Origin: Octopus vulgaris
Taxonomy: Eukaryota
Reading direction: 5' to 3'
DNA: 64,000 nt
Assembly (NCBI GenBank): GCA_951406725.2
Contig: OX597827.1
Span: forward strand, 43,338,001-43,402,000
Shown: positions 26,395-40,060 of the stretch, in pieces
How positions within the stretch are numbered: position 1 is the first letter of the stretch
Layout of the letters: each line of letters begins with the position of its first letter
Made by a program: the position numbers and the translations under genes
Notes under the pieces: model-generated
What the model was told of the DNA's origin: nothing
The model's database searches: none
The model's input: the letters and a program-made list of their open reading frames with translations, nothing else

Positions 26395-26914
26395 CGCTTT
26401 TGATGACGCTGTTACAACTGCTGATCTTGCTGCTGCTCTTGTTCTTGTTCGTGAGTAGTCTTAAGAGTGCTCTATACACAGCATGCAAGTAGTCGGACGA
26501 AAGGTGAAGCGTAATTTACATATTTATCTTCCTCGTAATACCATATCTTTGTCAAGCTAAGGAATACAATAAATACCCCCACGTACAGAGGTAAAAAAAA
26601 TAAATGAAATAAAATAAAAGGAATATAATAGAATGTTAGTACTTGGGGTACGAACTCGTATCTGCAGTTTCAAATTGGGCTTGAAATAATTGAATTATTT
26701 CTTCTCAACTATTAAATGATTAGCATGATGCTATATTTACAGGCATGCCTAATCGTTAGTAGCCACTTAAGTAAAACCGCAGTGTGGATAAAATAAATTA
26801 TCAGTTAGACACAGACGGGTGATGTAATACACTAACCCTCTCCATCTCCCTCATTTCCCCAAATTTCAAACCTTGGGCCTGTATTAGAAGAATTATTATT
26901 GATGTTACAGATTA

Positions 26915-27545
26915 AAGGAGCGATCAGGTAGAATTGTCACTGTACCGAAGTAAATATTTAGCGGCATTAGCATAGGCGGCGAGCTGGCAGAATCGTTAGC
27001 ACGCCGGGCGAAATGCTTAGCGGTATTTCGTCTGCTGTTACGTTGTGAGTTCAAATTCCGCCGAGGTCGACTTTGCCTTTCATCCTTTCGGGGTCGATAA
27101 ATTAAGTACCAGTTACGCACTGGGGTCGATGTAATCGACTCAATACCTATGTCTGTCCTTGTTTGTCCCCTCTATGTTTAGCCCCTTGTGGGTAATAAAG
27201 AAATAGGTATTTCGTCTGCTGTTACGTTCTGAGTTCAAATTCCGCCGAGGGCGACTTTGCCTTTCATCCTTTCGGGGTCGATTAAATAAGTACCAGTTAC
27301 GCACTGGGGACGATATAATCGTCTTAATCCGTTTTTCTGTCCTTGTTTGTCCTATCTGTGTTTAACCCCTTGTGGGTAGTAAAGAAGTAGGTATTTCGTC
27401 TGTCATTACGTTCTGAGTTCAAATTCCGTCGAGGTCGACTTTGCCTTTCATCCTTTCCTGGGTCGATAAATTAAGTACCAGTTGCGTACTGGGATCAATG
27501 TAACAGACTCCCCCTCCTCCTTCACCCCAATTCCACGTCCTGTAC
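26915..27545 (+). mobile_element. SINE family B array: old head, young full copy (26975-27205) and two further body units
   Basis: Head GGCGGCGAGCTGGCAGAATCG; core GCCTTTCATCCTTTCGGGGTCGAT...AAGTACCAG repeated with a 184-bp period (27022, 27206, 27390). Confidence 0.9.
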
Positions 27546-27627
27546 CTACTTTGTTATTATTGTGTGTATATCGTTGTTTTTGTTGTTGTTGATGACGTTA
27601 CCAACCTCTATTCTTTACTCGTTAACC

Positions 27628-28066
27628 TTTTACTTATTTCAGTTATTGCACTGTGGCCATGCTGGGGTTCCATCTTAGAAGGTTTAGTAAGACGAATAAA
27701 GTCCGATGCTTAATTTATTGGTTCCTTTCTACCGAACCGCTATGTTACAGAGAACATAAACAAAGCAACATTGGTTGTCAAGCGGGTGTGGGATACTGAG
27801 ACACACAGACACGCACACACAGACACAGACACACACAAACACAGACACACACACACAAATGATGTGTGTATACACATACACACGCAAATACACACATTCA
27901 CACATACATACATATATACATACATATATATATGCATATATATATGTATACCCACAAATACACACACACACATATATATCTATATTTATACTAACAGACA
28001 CACACATATATGTATATTTACACACATCGGGTTTCCGCAGTTTCTGTCCAGCAAATTCCCTCACAA
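27628..28066 (-). mobile_element. SINE family A, degenerate and head-less
   Basis: TTTCAGTTATTGCACTGTGGCCATGCTGG...CCGAACCGCTATGTTAC...CAAATTCCCTCACAAG. Confidence 0.75.
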
Positions 28067-28133
28067 GTATTATCGCGTTTGTTATTGTTCTTTGCAGCAA
28101 TTCAAATGTTGGTACTGTTGTTGTTGCTGTTGC

Positions 28134-28188
<55 letters not shown>

Positions 28189-28246
28189 GCTGTTGTTGTT
28201 GTTGTTATTATTATTATTATTATTATTATTGTTATTATTATTATTA

Positions 28247-28290
<44 letters not shown>

Positions 28291-28330
28291 GCTGTTGTTG
28301 TTGTTGTTATTATTATTATTATTATTATTA

Positions 28331-28368
<38 letters not shown>

Positions 28369-28402
28369 GCTGTTGTTGTTGTAGTTATTATTATTATTAT
28401 TA

Positions 28403-28473
<71 letters not shown>

Positions 28474-28582
28474 GCTATTGTTATAGTTGCTGAAGTCGAT
28501 TTTATTTTTATCAGCGTTTTTCTTTCTTTTCTCTTTTTTGGGTGGGGTGGGGTATCTATGTCGTTACTGTTGCTGCTGCTGC

Positions 28583-28628
<46 letters not shown>

Positions 28629-29047
28629 CGTTGTTTTTATAGTATTTGTTGCTGTTGTTGGTTTCGAAAATGATGGAAGTTGTTTTTACTCTTGTTGTCG
28701 GCCATGTTGCTGTTATTGTTGCTGCCGGTTTTGTTGTACTTGCTGCTGCTGCTGCTGTTGTTGTTGTTGTTTTTGTTGTTGTTGCTGTTGTTCTTATTGT
28801 TTTCGGTGTGTCTGTTGTTGTGTGAAAGCCAGTGTTTGGAGACTTTGGTAAACACACCCGGAAAGACGTATAATGAATAAATAAATAAATAAACAAATAA
28901 GTAAATAGATAAAACAAAAAAATAAAAGTAATATATAATAGAAAAAACAAGACAAATACAAAAACAGGAAATATTTTAATTTCAGCGTGTCCATTAATAA
29001 CCATGGCAACCGATTGAATATTTCTCGCTTGTATACACACATGCACA

Positions 29048-29084
<37 letters not shown>

Positions 29085-29514
29085 ACACATACACATACAT
29101 ATGTAGATACACACAACCATTGACACATATGCATACATACACATGCATATACATACATTACATATATAGATATATACATACACACGCACATATATATATA
29201 TATATGTACATACATACATACATAAATACATATACATACACATACACTCACAAACACAAATATATTCATACATATATATACTCACACTGTAGCATGTATA
29301 TACATTTCTGTATATTCATGCACACCTTTACCTAAGTATAGACATTCATTCACAGATTTACAGTTACAATAGCAACTCTGTCTCTCTCTCTCTTTCACTA
29401 TTTCTCTCTCTCTCTCTATATATATATATAGAGAGAGAGAGGGGGGGAGAGAGATGGATAGGTAGGTAGATAGATAGGTAGATAGATAGATAGATAGATA
29501 GATAGGTAGGTAGG

Positions 29515-29566
<52 letters not shown>

Positions 29567-29585
29567 TAGATAGAAAGATAGATAA

Positions 29586-29727
<142 letters not shown>

Positions 29728-30029
29728 GGAAAGATAGATAGAGAGATAGATAGAGAGATAGATAGAGAGTTAGATACACCCACTCATACACTTAAATCGT
29801 GTATGCATACATTTATACATGTGAGTATGTGTCTGTATGTTTGTATGTGTGTATGTGTGTGTGAGTGAGTGTGTGAGTGTGTGTGTCTGTCTGTCTGTCT
29901 GTCTGTGAAAGTATGATAGATTTTACATGTCTGCGTGCAAAGAGATTGTGAATGATTGTGTCTCTATTGAGGCATCTGACTATGTATGTATACATACATA
30001 CTCACGCACGCACACACACAAACACATAG

Positions 30030-30064
<35 letters not shown>

Positions 30065-30359
30065 TACATACATACATACCAACCAGTCTGGAGCAAAGTA
30101 TGATTAAACCTGGAATCATGGGGAGAGGATGGAAATCCTTAATTTACAACCTACGCGATATTTTGGATTTTAAAGACATGCAGGAACTTTTTAAGATTTA
30201 AGGGTTTAACAGTTAAATCAAGTACACATTACTTCGCAACCTTATCACCGAGCCAGGGGCCGATGAAATTGTACTCTAAACTATAAAAAAAAAATAGAAA
30301 AGACATACACACATAAATATATATATACATATGTGTGTGTGTGTGTGTATGTATATGCA

Positions 30360-30391
<32 letters not shown>

Positions 30392-30508
30392 ACCAATCCC
30401 CCAAAACGAAGAAAATACACGACAACGCGAGGACGTAGTACATACAAAGTATTAATACATATATATATATATATATGTAAGTATGAATGTATGTATGTGT
30501 GTATGTAA

Positions 30509-30597
<89 letters not shown>

Positions 30598-30601
<4 letters not shown>

Positions 30602-30778
30602 GACGATACCACGAAACTTGACCTTGAAAGGATTTAGCTAATCCTATATATATATATATATATATAAACTTAGATATGTTTTGGCAAAAGGTTGTCTCAG
30701 GCCATATCTGACTTAATATCACCACCTAATAGGATTAGCTAAATCCTTTCTAAGTCAAGTTTCGTGGTATCGTCCCTT
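30598..30778. repeat. ~50-bp inverted repeat at the start of a Penelope-type terminal repeat (duplicated at 32779-32962)
   Basis: AAGGGACGATACCACGAAACTTGAC..GAAAGGATTTAGCTAATCCTAT and its reverse complement at 30729-30778. Confidence 0.9.
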
Positions 30779-30854
30779 TTTGTGTTACATTTTTTTCGTG
30801 CTTGTTTTTAACCCTCTGCGAGGTTATTTTATTTTAATTCTCTCGCAGGAAGGC

Positions 30855-30909
30855 TTAGTATTGACGAGTCGTGTCCTGTCTTGCCTTCGAAACACGCTAA
30901 GTCTACTAG
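30855..30909 (+). ncRNA. Type I hammerhead-like motif with C3U core
   Basis: TTAGTA-TTGACGA-G(19 nt)C-GAA-AC-ACGCTAA-GT-C^-TACTAG. 6-bp helix I, GUC site, helix II reduced to one G-C pair. Confidence 0.5.
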
Positions 30910-31190
30910 TGACAGCTGATGAAGGGGATTTTTCCTTGTGTAGCATGTCCTGTACCTTGTTTTTCTGTTGTAAATAATGTTTTTCCCGTTTTCGTTCTCG
31001 TCCTGTTCCACGTCTCTGTCCTACTGTTGTAACAAAATGGCTTTTCCGTTTTCGTTTCTGTTGAGTTTTACGTCTTTTTGTGGTGTCCTGTACGTATATA
31101 TATTTATATATGCATGTATATATACATGTAGATATCGGCACGTACATATATGTTTGTATGTATGCATATATTTTTTTATTTATTACACTA

Positions 31191-31278
<88 letters not shown>

Positions 31279-32170
31279 TATAATATTAATATAAACAGCC
31301 AAGGGCAATGTGGCACTATAACGGAAAAATTCAAACGCGATTAAGTGCGACTACAAATGCCGGAGCACCTACATTGCTGGGAATAAGAGTTAAAAGACTC
31401 TTAAGGCTGTAAGAAGTGCGTAGAATGTATATGCACATGCTAACAGGGGAGGCAACCGTCCCACGACCCACGACGTATGAATGCATGAATGCATGTATGT
31501 ATGTATGTTTGTATGTATGTACAAATGATCAAATCTCATTGGTTTTCGACGATAAGGCTTAAGTTGTTCGATCAACCGAACTCATTGATTTGGCTTAGCA
31601 GTAATCGAATATTTCGCAGGTACGTGTACCTTTAATGCAATCCTCAGGTAGAATCAGCAGGTTGCTCGGACGAAACTTTGAATCACAGGTGAAATCTGGT
31701 TGACAAATTTCGATAAAGTTTCCATCGATAGATGCTAACTCAGAAGGCATTTATTCCAAAAAGGTTATGGTAACTGTCTACCGCCCACCTCCACGCCTCA
31801 GGTGCCATATTGAGGGCTCGCATCCATTGTCCCAAGATTGCGAACCAAGCGTCCTTAAATGTTATTTAGTCATATCTCAGCCATACGCATGTGCACAACT
31901 ATTCACGCACACTCACACAAACGAACGCGCACGTACGCACGGGTACGGACGAATGCATACACAGTGTAAAGGGAGACAATCATACACTGGCATAGAACGG
32001 TAGACACAAAGTTGGAATCATATGACCGGTTGTCACGTGATATTGTGTCATGTGAGATGTTATCTGAGCAGGGAAGAAGCAAGCTAGGGTGCCTTTGACG
32101 CCTTACAATTTTGTAAACGACAATGTCATTGCCATCGTCTACGTCATCATCATCATAATATGCGTCGTCG

Positions 32171-32213
<43 letters not shown>

Positions 32214-32620
32214 ATCATCATCATCATCCCCATCATCATCATCATCATCATCATCGTCGTCGTCGTCGTCGTCGTCATATTCGTCGTCGTTGGCATCATC
32301 ATCATCATATTCGTCGTCATATTCGTCGTCGTTGACGTCATCCTCATCAACAACACCACCTCAACAACGTCCATCATCATCATCATCATTTCATCCCCAT
32401 CATCATCATCATCATTTCATCCCCATCATCATCATCATCATCATTTCATTCCCATCATTATCATCATCATCATCATCATCATCATCATCGCATCATCACC
32501 ATTATCACCATCATCATCGTCGTCGTCGTCGTGGTTGATGTCACCATCATCATCAACAACACCACCTCAACCAAGTTCATCATTATCATCATCTTCATCA
32601 CCACCATCACCACCACCACC

Positions 32621-32701
<81 letters not shown>

Positions 32702-32737
32702 GTACCAATAATCGTATGTATGTATGTGTGTATGTAA

Positions 32738-32779
<42 letters not shown>

Positions 32780-32825
32780 AGGGACGATACCACGAAACTT
32801 GACTTAGAAAGGATTTAGCTAATCC

Positions 32826-32857
<32 letters not shown>

Positions 32858-33042
32858 TAGATATGTCTTGGCCAAAGGTTGTCCCAGGCCATATCTGACT
32901 TAATAGCACCACCTAATAGGATTAGCTAAATCCTTTCTAAGTCAAGTCTCGTGGTATCGTCCTTTTTTGTGTTACATTTTTTTCGTGCTTGTTTTTACCC
33001 CTCTGCGAGGTTATTTTATTTTAATTCTCTCGCAGGAAGCGC

Positions 33043-33097
33043 TTAGTATTGACGAGTCGTGTCCTGTCTTGCCTTCGAAACACGCTAAGTCTACTAG
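33043..33097 (+). ncRNA. Duplicate of the hammerhead-like motif at 30855-30909
   Basis: Identical sequence in the second duplication unit. Confidence 0.5.
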
Positions 33098-33373
33098 TGA
33101 CAGCTGATGAAGGGGATTTTTCCTTGTGTAGCATGTCCTGTACCTTGTTTTTCTGTTGTAAATAATGTTTTTCCCGTTTTCGTTCTCGTCCTGTTCCACG
33201 TCTCTGTCCTTCTGTTGTAACAAAATGGCTTTTCCGTTTTCGTTTCTGTTGAGTTTTACGTCTTTTTGTGGTGTCCTGTACGTATATATATTTATATATG
33301 CATATATATATGCATGTAGATGTCGGTACGTACATATATGTTTGTATGTATGCATATATTTTTTTATTTATTA

Positions 33374-33428
<55 letters not shown>

Positions 33429-34331
33429 ATATTAATATAAACAGCCAAGGGCAATGTGGCACTATAACGGAAAAATTCAATCGCGATTAAGTGCGACTAC
33501 AAATGCCGGAGCACCTACATTGCTGGGAATAAGAGTTAAAAGACTCTTAAGGCTGTAAGAAAAGCGTAGAATGTATATACACATGCCAATAGGGGAGGCA
33601 ACCGTCCCACGACCCACGACGTATGAATGCATGTATGTATGTATGTTTGTATGTATGTATGTTTGTATGTATGTATGTACAAATGATCAAATCTCATTGG
33701 TTTTCGATGATAAGGCTTAAGTTGTTCGATCAACCGAACTCATTGAATTGGCTTAGAAGTAATCGAATATTTCACAGGTACGTGTACCTTTAATGCAATC
33801 CTCAGGTAGAATCAGCAGGCTGCTCGGACGAAACTTCGAATCACAGGTGAAATCTGGTTGACAAGTTTCGATAAAGTTTCCATCGATAGATGCTAACTCA
33901 GAAGGCATTTATTCCAAAAGGTTATGGCAACTGTCTACCGCTCACCTCCACGCCTCAGGTGCCATATTGAGGGCTCGGATCCATTGTCCCAAGATTGCGA
34001 ACCAAGCGTCCTTAAATGTTATTTAGTCATATCTCAGCCATACGCATGTGCACAACTATTCACGCACACTCACTCACACAAACGAACGCGCACGCACGTA
34101 CGGGTATGCACGAAGACATACTCAGTGTAAAGGGAGACAATCATACACTGGCATAGAACGGCAGACACAAAGTTGGAATCATATGACCGGTTGTCACGTG
34201 ATATTGTGTCATGTGAGATGTTATCTGAGCAGGGAAGAAGTAAGCTAGGGTGCCTTTGACGCCTTACAATTTTGTAAACGACAATGTCATTGCCATCGTC
34301 TACGTCATCACCATCATCATATGCGTCGTCG

Positions 34332-34383
<52 letters not shown>

Positions 34384-34557
34384 TATCATCATCGTCGTCG
34401 TCGTCATCGTCATATTCGTCGTCGTTGACGTCATCATCATCAACAACACCACCGCCACCGACACCACCTCAACAACGTCCATCATCATCATCATCATTAT
34501 TTCATCCCCATCATCATCATCATCATTTCATCCCCATCATCATCATCATTTCATCCC

Positions 34558-34601
<44 letters not shown>

Positions 34602-35256
34602 CAATCATCATCACCATTATCACCATCATCATCATTGTCGTCGTCGTCGTTGATGTCACCATCATCATCATCAACAACACCACCACCACTAACACCACCT
34701 CAACCAAGTTCATCATCATCATCATCTTCATCATCACCACCACCACCACCACCACCACCACCACCATCATCATCATCAACAACACCACCACCACTAACAC
34801 CACCTCAACCAAGTTCATCATCATCATCATCTTCATCATCACCACCACCACCACCACCACCACCACCACCACCATCATCATCATCATTATCATCATCATC
34901 ATCGTTACCGTTGTCGACATCATCGTCATCGTACCAATAATCGTAATTTAAGCTCCGGCACCATCTCTACTACGGCAACAAAAACTGCTACCGACGCCAT
35001 TGTAATCTCCCTTCACCACTACCGTCACCACCATCACCACCATCACCTTGACCATAATGACTGACACTATCAGCAGCAGCAGCAGCAGCAGTAGCAGCAG
35101 CAGCAACATGAGAAGCAACAGCAACAGTATCAGTTTTGTTTAATCAACCTTAATTATCAGAAATATACCGCCCCAGACACCATAACAACAGCAACAAGCA
35201 TCATCATCACCACCACCATCACTACCACCACCTTCTTCATCATCATCATCTTCATC

Positions 35257-35287
<31 letters not shown>

Positions 35288-36191
35288 CCATCACCATCAC
35301 CGTCATCATCATCATCATCACCATCATCATCATTGTCCACAACAACGACAACGTCGTTATCATCAAATGCCACTACAACCACAACCACAACCACCCCCAC
35401 CACCATAACCACTACCACCACCACCACCACCCCCACCACCACCACCACCACCACCACCACCGATCTCAAGTGCAAAAAATTGGCTGTAATCATACTGTGC
35501 AACCAGCTGCATTTGAACTGAGACCGAAGGCGACATGGAATAAACAAAACAAGAACAATAACAACAACAACAGCAACAAACAGCAATAATAATAACAGCA
35601 GCAATGGTGGAAAGCCAAAGACAAAGCGGCATGTGGTCACTCGACATGCTAGAAATAGTAGTCAAATCTTCCTCAAAGACTGTCGTACTGTCGTCCATAA
35701 TGTGGTACCGTGATTCTTCTAAATAAAAAAAATAGAATTAATGGTCACGGCTGGATTGGTTTTGATGGTAAGAATGCTCAATTAGAGGTCATAAAAAAAG
35801 CAAAGGTGAGAAACGCAACAATATTATAAACGAGACGAAGAGTCAAATAGTAAGTGGTTGCTAGAGCTGCTAAAAGTAGCAGTGAAAATTCCCTCACTTC
35901 ATACCCTGCTGTCTTGGAAATGGTAAAGACACTCAGAGGATGTAGTTCCAGATACATAGAGCCGGAAAAAATAGATTAGTTGGTCGGTCAGTCATGGATA
36001 AAAGGAATTTATTTTAGATCTGGTTGATGAGGGCTGAACTGGGCGGAAACAACAAAAATAGCTGCAAAGCGACAAGTGTTACTAAAAATAGTAACAATAA
36101 CAAATGGGTTTTAAGAGTTGATAACCGCAACAACAGCAAAACCAGCAGTAGCAGCAGAACCACCACCAACACCACCAACAGCAACAACAGT

Positions 36192-36560
36192 GGAGGCGCA
36201 ATGGCCCAGTAGTTAGGGCAGCGGACTCGCGGTCGGAAGATCGCGGTTTCGATTCCCAGACCAGGCGTTGTGTGTGTTTATTGAGCGAAAACACCTAAGG
36301 CTCCACGAGGCTTTGGCAGGGGGTGGTGGCGACCCCTGTTGTACTCTTTCGCCCCAACTTTCTCTCACTCTGTCTTCCTGTTTCTTGTCCCCGACTTCCT
36401 ACGCAACCGCTGAGCCTGGATGCGCATTCATCCATCCGTCGATGCTCTCGGTGTCGGGGGTTCACCTGCTTTCTCTTCTGCGGGTCTTACGAACAGCAAA
36501 GGACCACGTTTCGGACTTCTCCCATCTTGCGAGCTCTGGGACGAAGACCGTTCGCTCAAC
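36192..36560 (+). mobile_element. SINE family C head joined to a different 3' body
   Basis: Matches family C to ~36385 (CTTCCTGTTTCT), then an unrelated GC-rich 170-bp segment ending in (CAA/CAG)n. Confidence 0.75.
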
Positions 36561-36604
36561 AGCAACACCAGCAGCAACAACAATCACAATAACTGGCGCT
36601 CCAA

Positions 36605-36901
36605 CGAGCGTTCCAGTTGATCTGATTAACAGAACAGTCTGCACTTGAAATTAACGTGCAAGTGGCTGAGCACTCCACAGACAGGTGTACCCTTAACGTA
36701 GTTCTCATGGAGATTCAGCGTCACACAGAGCGTGACAAGGCTGACCCCCTTGAAATACAGGTACTCAGCATTTTTGCTGAGTGGACTGGTGCAATGTGAA
36801 ATAAAGTGTCTTGCTCAAGGACACAACGCGCCGGTGGGAATCAAACGCACGACCTTACGATTGTGAGCCGAACTCTCCCAACCACAAGAGCACGTGCCTT
36901 C
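36605..36901 (-). mobile_element. SINE family D copy
   Basis: GTGGCTGAGCACTCCACAGAC body plus AAAGTGTCTTGCTCAAGGACACAACG and a tRNA-like head on the minus strand. Confidence 0.82.
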
Positions 36902-36985
36902 ACGCTCTCACAATAGCAACAGCAACAATGACAAGAACAGAAGTATGATCAACAACATTACCTATAGCAACCTGAATAGCAAAAC

Positions 36986-37037
<52 letters not shown>

Positions 37038-37087
37038 AACTACTACTACTACTACTACTACTACTACTGCTACTGCTGCTGCTGCTT

Positions 37088-37118
<31 letters not shown>

Positions 37119-37176
37119 TACTACTGCTACTATTACTACTATTACTACTGCTGCTGCTGCTACTACTACTACTACA

Positions 37177-37210
<34 letters not shown>

Positions 37211-37332
37211 ATAATAATAATAATAATAACAACAATAATAATAATAATGATGATAATGATAAAAATAACAATAATAATAAAATAATGATAATGATAATAA
37301 TAATGATGATAATAATATAAATAAAAATAATG

Positions 37333-37387
<55 letters not shown>

Positions 37388-37389
<2 letters not shown>

Positions 37390-37466
37390 TTTTGTCTTGG
37401 TATAAAAGATGGGCTCGTATATTTTACCCCAGTGTCACTTTGATGGCATGAACTGCTCTCTCACTC

Positions 37467-37467
<1 letters not shown>
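37388..37467 (+). mobile_element. Internally deleted copy of the (TAA)n-embedded element at 53350-53832
   Basis: TGTTTTGTCTTGGTATAAAAGATGGGCT fused directly to CGTATATTTTACCCCAGTGTCACTTTGATGGCATG...CTCACTC, with (TAA)n on both sides. Confidence 0.85.
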
Positions 37468-37501
<34 letters not shown>

Positions 37502-38035
37502 TGATGATAATAAATACGAAGCGGTTGTTATCATGCATGATAACCTAATATTAGATTGCTAAGTTCTGTCCCTTATTCTGTCTCTATCTCTGTCTCCCTC
37601 TCTCTCTCCCTCTCTCTCTCTCTCTTTGCCAGTTTCCTACTTGTCAGTGTATCTGTTTATACTACGTCTCTTTATAATATTCTCTCTCCCTTTCTTTCAC
37701 CTTTCTCAGCGCAGTCACTCTTTACTCATTTCAGTTTAACGAAAGGTAATATGCGACAAACACAAAAACTTGACGCCTGTCTTATCCTACATATGTACAT
37801 GCGCACACGCCCGCCCGCTCTCCCGCACACACGTACATACACACATACACATACGCACATGTGAATACATAAATTCAAAGCAGAGTGGAGGAGATAATAC
37901 CCGAGTCTAAAAGGTAGAGGAAAATGTATTCTATTAAAACTGAAAATCTTCACGAACAGTTACTCAAGGGTTTCATGTTTCAGATCGTCAGACACAAGTG
38001 AAATCTTACCGATAGTTCCTCAGAGAGATTGACTA

Positions 38036-38089
38036 CGACTTCTCTGAGGAGTGACTTACAAATTACGAAACAATCCGCCAGGAGAGTCG
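38036..38089 (+). ncRNA. Type I hammerhead with a mutated cleavage triplet (GCC)
   Basis: CGACTTCT-CTGAGGA-GTGA-CTTACAAA-TTAC-GAA-AC-AATCC-GC-C-AGGAGAGTCG. Helices I and II pair; U16.1 is C. Confidence 0.6.
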
Positions 38090-38209
38090 CTTCCGCTGTT
38101 TTTCTGCAAACCACTCGCATAAGAATAATCAGTTTATGTGAAGCATTGTAACGTTTAAATAATTTTCCAGTCGTCCTAATTGATGCGGTGCTTCTGCACG
38201 AAATATATG

Positions 38210-38277
<68 letters not shown>

Positions 38278-38398
38278 TAAAAAAATGGAGTTAACGCAGG
38301 TGTAATCAAATATTTTTACTTTCGACACATTTGCTGCCTGGTAACTATTTATTTATTTTCCGTTAATTGTTAACAAGGTAAAAAATACACTCATCTAT

Positions 38399-38461
<63 letters not shown>

Positions 38462-38462
<1 letters not shown>

Positions 38463-38823
38463 TTCTTTATTAGCCACACAGGGCTGCACACAGACGGGAC
38501 AGATTACAAAGTAGAGCTTTTCTTTTTGGGGGAGGGAAAAAAAAAGATGGGTTAAGGTTTTCGATTAAAAGGGATCGTAAAAGGAAAAGAAGAAAAAAAG
38601 GGGAACAAAACGATCAATAGGGATCATATATCACAGTGTCATGGTGTAAAGTGTAAAGGAGGAAGCAGATAAGGTTTCTCCGTGGGAAGAAAAGCCTACG
38701 GAAAAGACCACCTAACCTCGGTCAACGATGTTACATGTTACCATATTTGTCTGCATGTAGGTAACCCTCTGTTTTAAATTTTCCGGGTTCATAAGATTAT
38801 GCTAAAGGTGGCTTCGTTATTCA
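38462..38823 (-). mobile_element. LINE-like 3' end (last codons and 3' UTR), clade uncertain (possibly L1/Tx1)
   Basis: Minus strand NNEATFSIIL* then a pyrimidine-rich UTR ending CTGTCCCGTCTGTGTGCAGCCCTGTGTGGCTAATAAAGAAA next to a CA/TG tract. Confidence 0.5.
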
Positions 38824-38863
38824 AGTATATATATAAGTATGTATATATGTATTTGTATGTATG

Positions 38864-38924
<61 letters not shown>

Positions 38925-40025
38925 CTGTTTCCTTAGGATACTCTCCAAATAATATTTTGTTGGAACAGATGAGACACTAGACGCTTGTTATTAAATGTGA
39001 AAGAATTGATAAATGACAACATTGATAATAAATATTGTTAATGAGAAAATCCATCAGGTGATAATTGCTCAAATATCTACTTATAATCATATTAATTTAA
39101 ATAAATGAATAATGAAAAAGCGTAATCCGGTTTAGGTCTATATATCTTTCAATTTATGCGTCTGTTCAAATATGTTTGTGTCACTGTGTGTCAGACTTTG
39201 TGTGCGCCCCCGTGTTGGTGTGTACGTTGAAAAGGTTAAATATCATCACCGCGAAATAGTTATCTGTAAAACCGTCTCATTCTTTATTATGGCAATCTGT
39301 AATGCGACTGGCAGTAAGTCACAAGACTTGTCAGGTATTGGGAAAGTTTTCCTTTGGCTTCTATATATATATATATATTTGGTTGGCTCTCTATGTTTTC
39401 TCATATTACTCTTCGTCATCATCATATAAAGTTTTACATATATATATATATATATTGATAGATATAATGATAAGAGTAAATAATTTCTAAATATATGCCT
39501 GTCCCTTTTTCTTATATATTGATAGATAGATAGATATGTATGTAGAATTATTATTCTTTAGTTCTTTAAATATATTAGTCTTTCTTTCACCTAACGACGT
39601 AGCTGAGATTCTACGTTATTTTGAACGATTTTTTTGCAGTTTACATTAATGCAACCATATAAGTCATTTATTTATTACTAAATATGATAGTATACATTAT
39701 TTGCTTTTTTGTGTTATGAAACAATTTGTTGTGATATTAAGATTTTTCGTATTGTTCATCAAAACATTTCTCTGTCATTTATAACTTTATATACACTACT
39801 TATCGTTTTCTCTTCTATAGTACTATATATTCTATGTTTTGGAGAATGATACATTCAGAAGATTTATTTATGCGTACCGCCGGATTACTTGTACCCATAT
39901 ATTGTGGCTTTTATACATACATTTACATATATATATATATATATATATATATTATGTGACCGCGTGTGTACCGTTGGCGATTTTCTTTCTCCGTCTTTCC
40001 TTCCTTGGACCTTTCCTTTTTCTAT

Positions 40026-40060
40026 ATTTCTGACGAAGAGCTCCGTTCGAAACGTTAAAT
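40026..40060 (+). ncRNA. Minimal type I hammerhead in a Penelope-type terminal repeat (~39950-40160)
   Basis: ATTT-CTGACGA-A-GAGC-TCC-GTTC-GAA-ACGT-T^-AAAT. 4-bp helix I, 4-bp helix II, loop-less palindromic helix III; the repeat is bounded by (TA)n. Confidence 0.8.

Larger units (their letters stand above)
30481..34945 (+). repeat. ~2.23-kb tandem duplication (30481-32716 and 32714-34945)
   Basis: Collinear blocks with scattered substitutions and microsatellite length changes; both units end GTACCAATAATCGTA. Confidence 0.93.

Noticed and set aside
36495-36532. Minus-strand GTCC-GAAAC-GTG-GTC-CTTTGC half hammerhead
   Set aside because: No CUGANGA box upstream.
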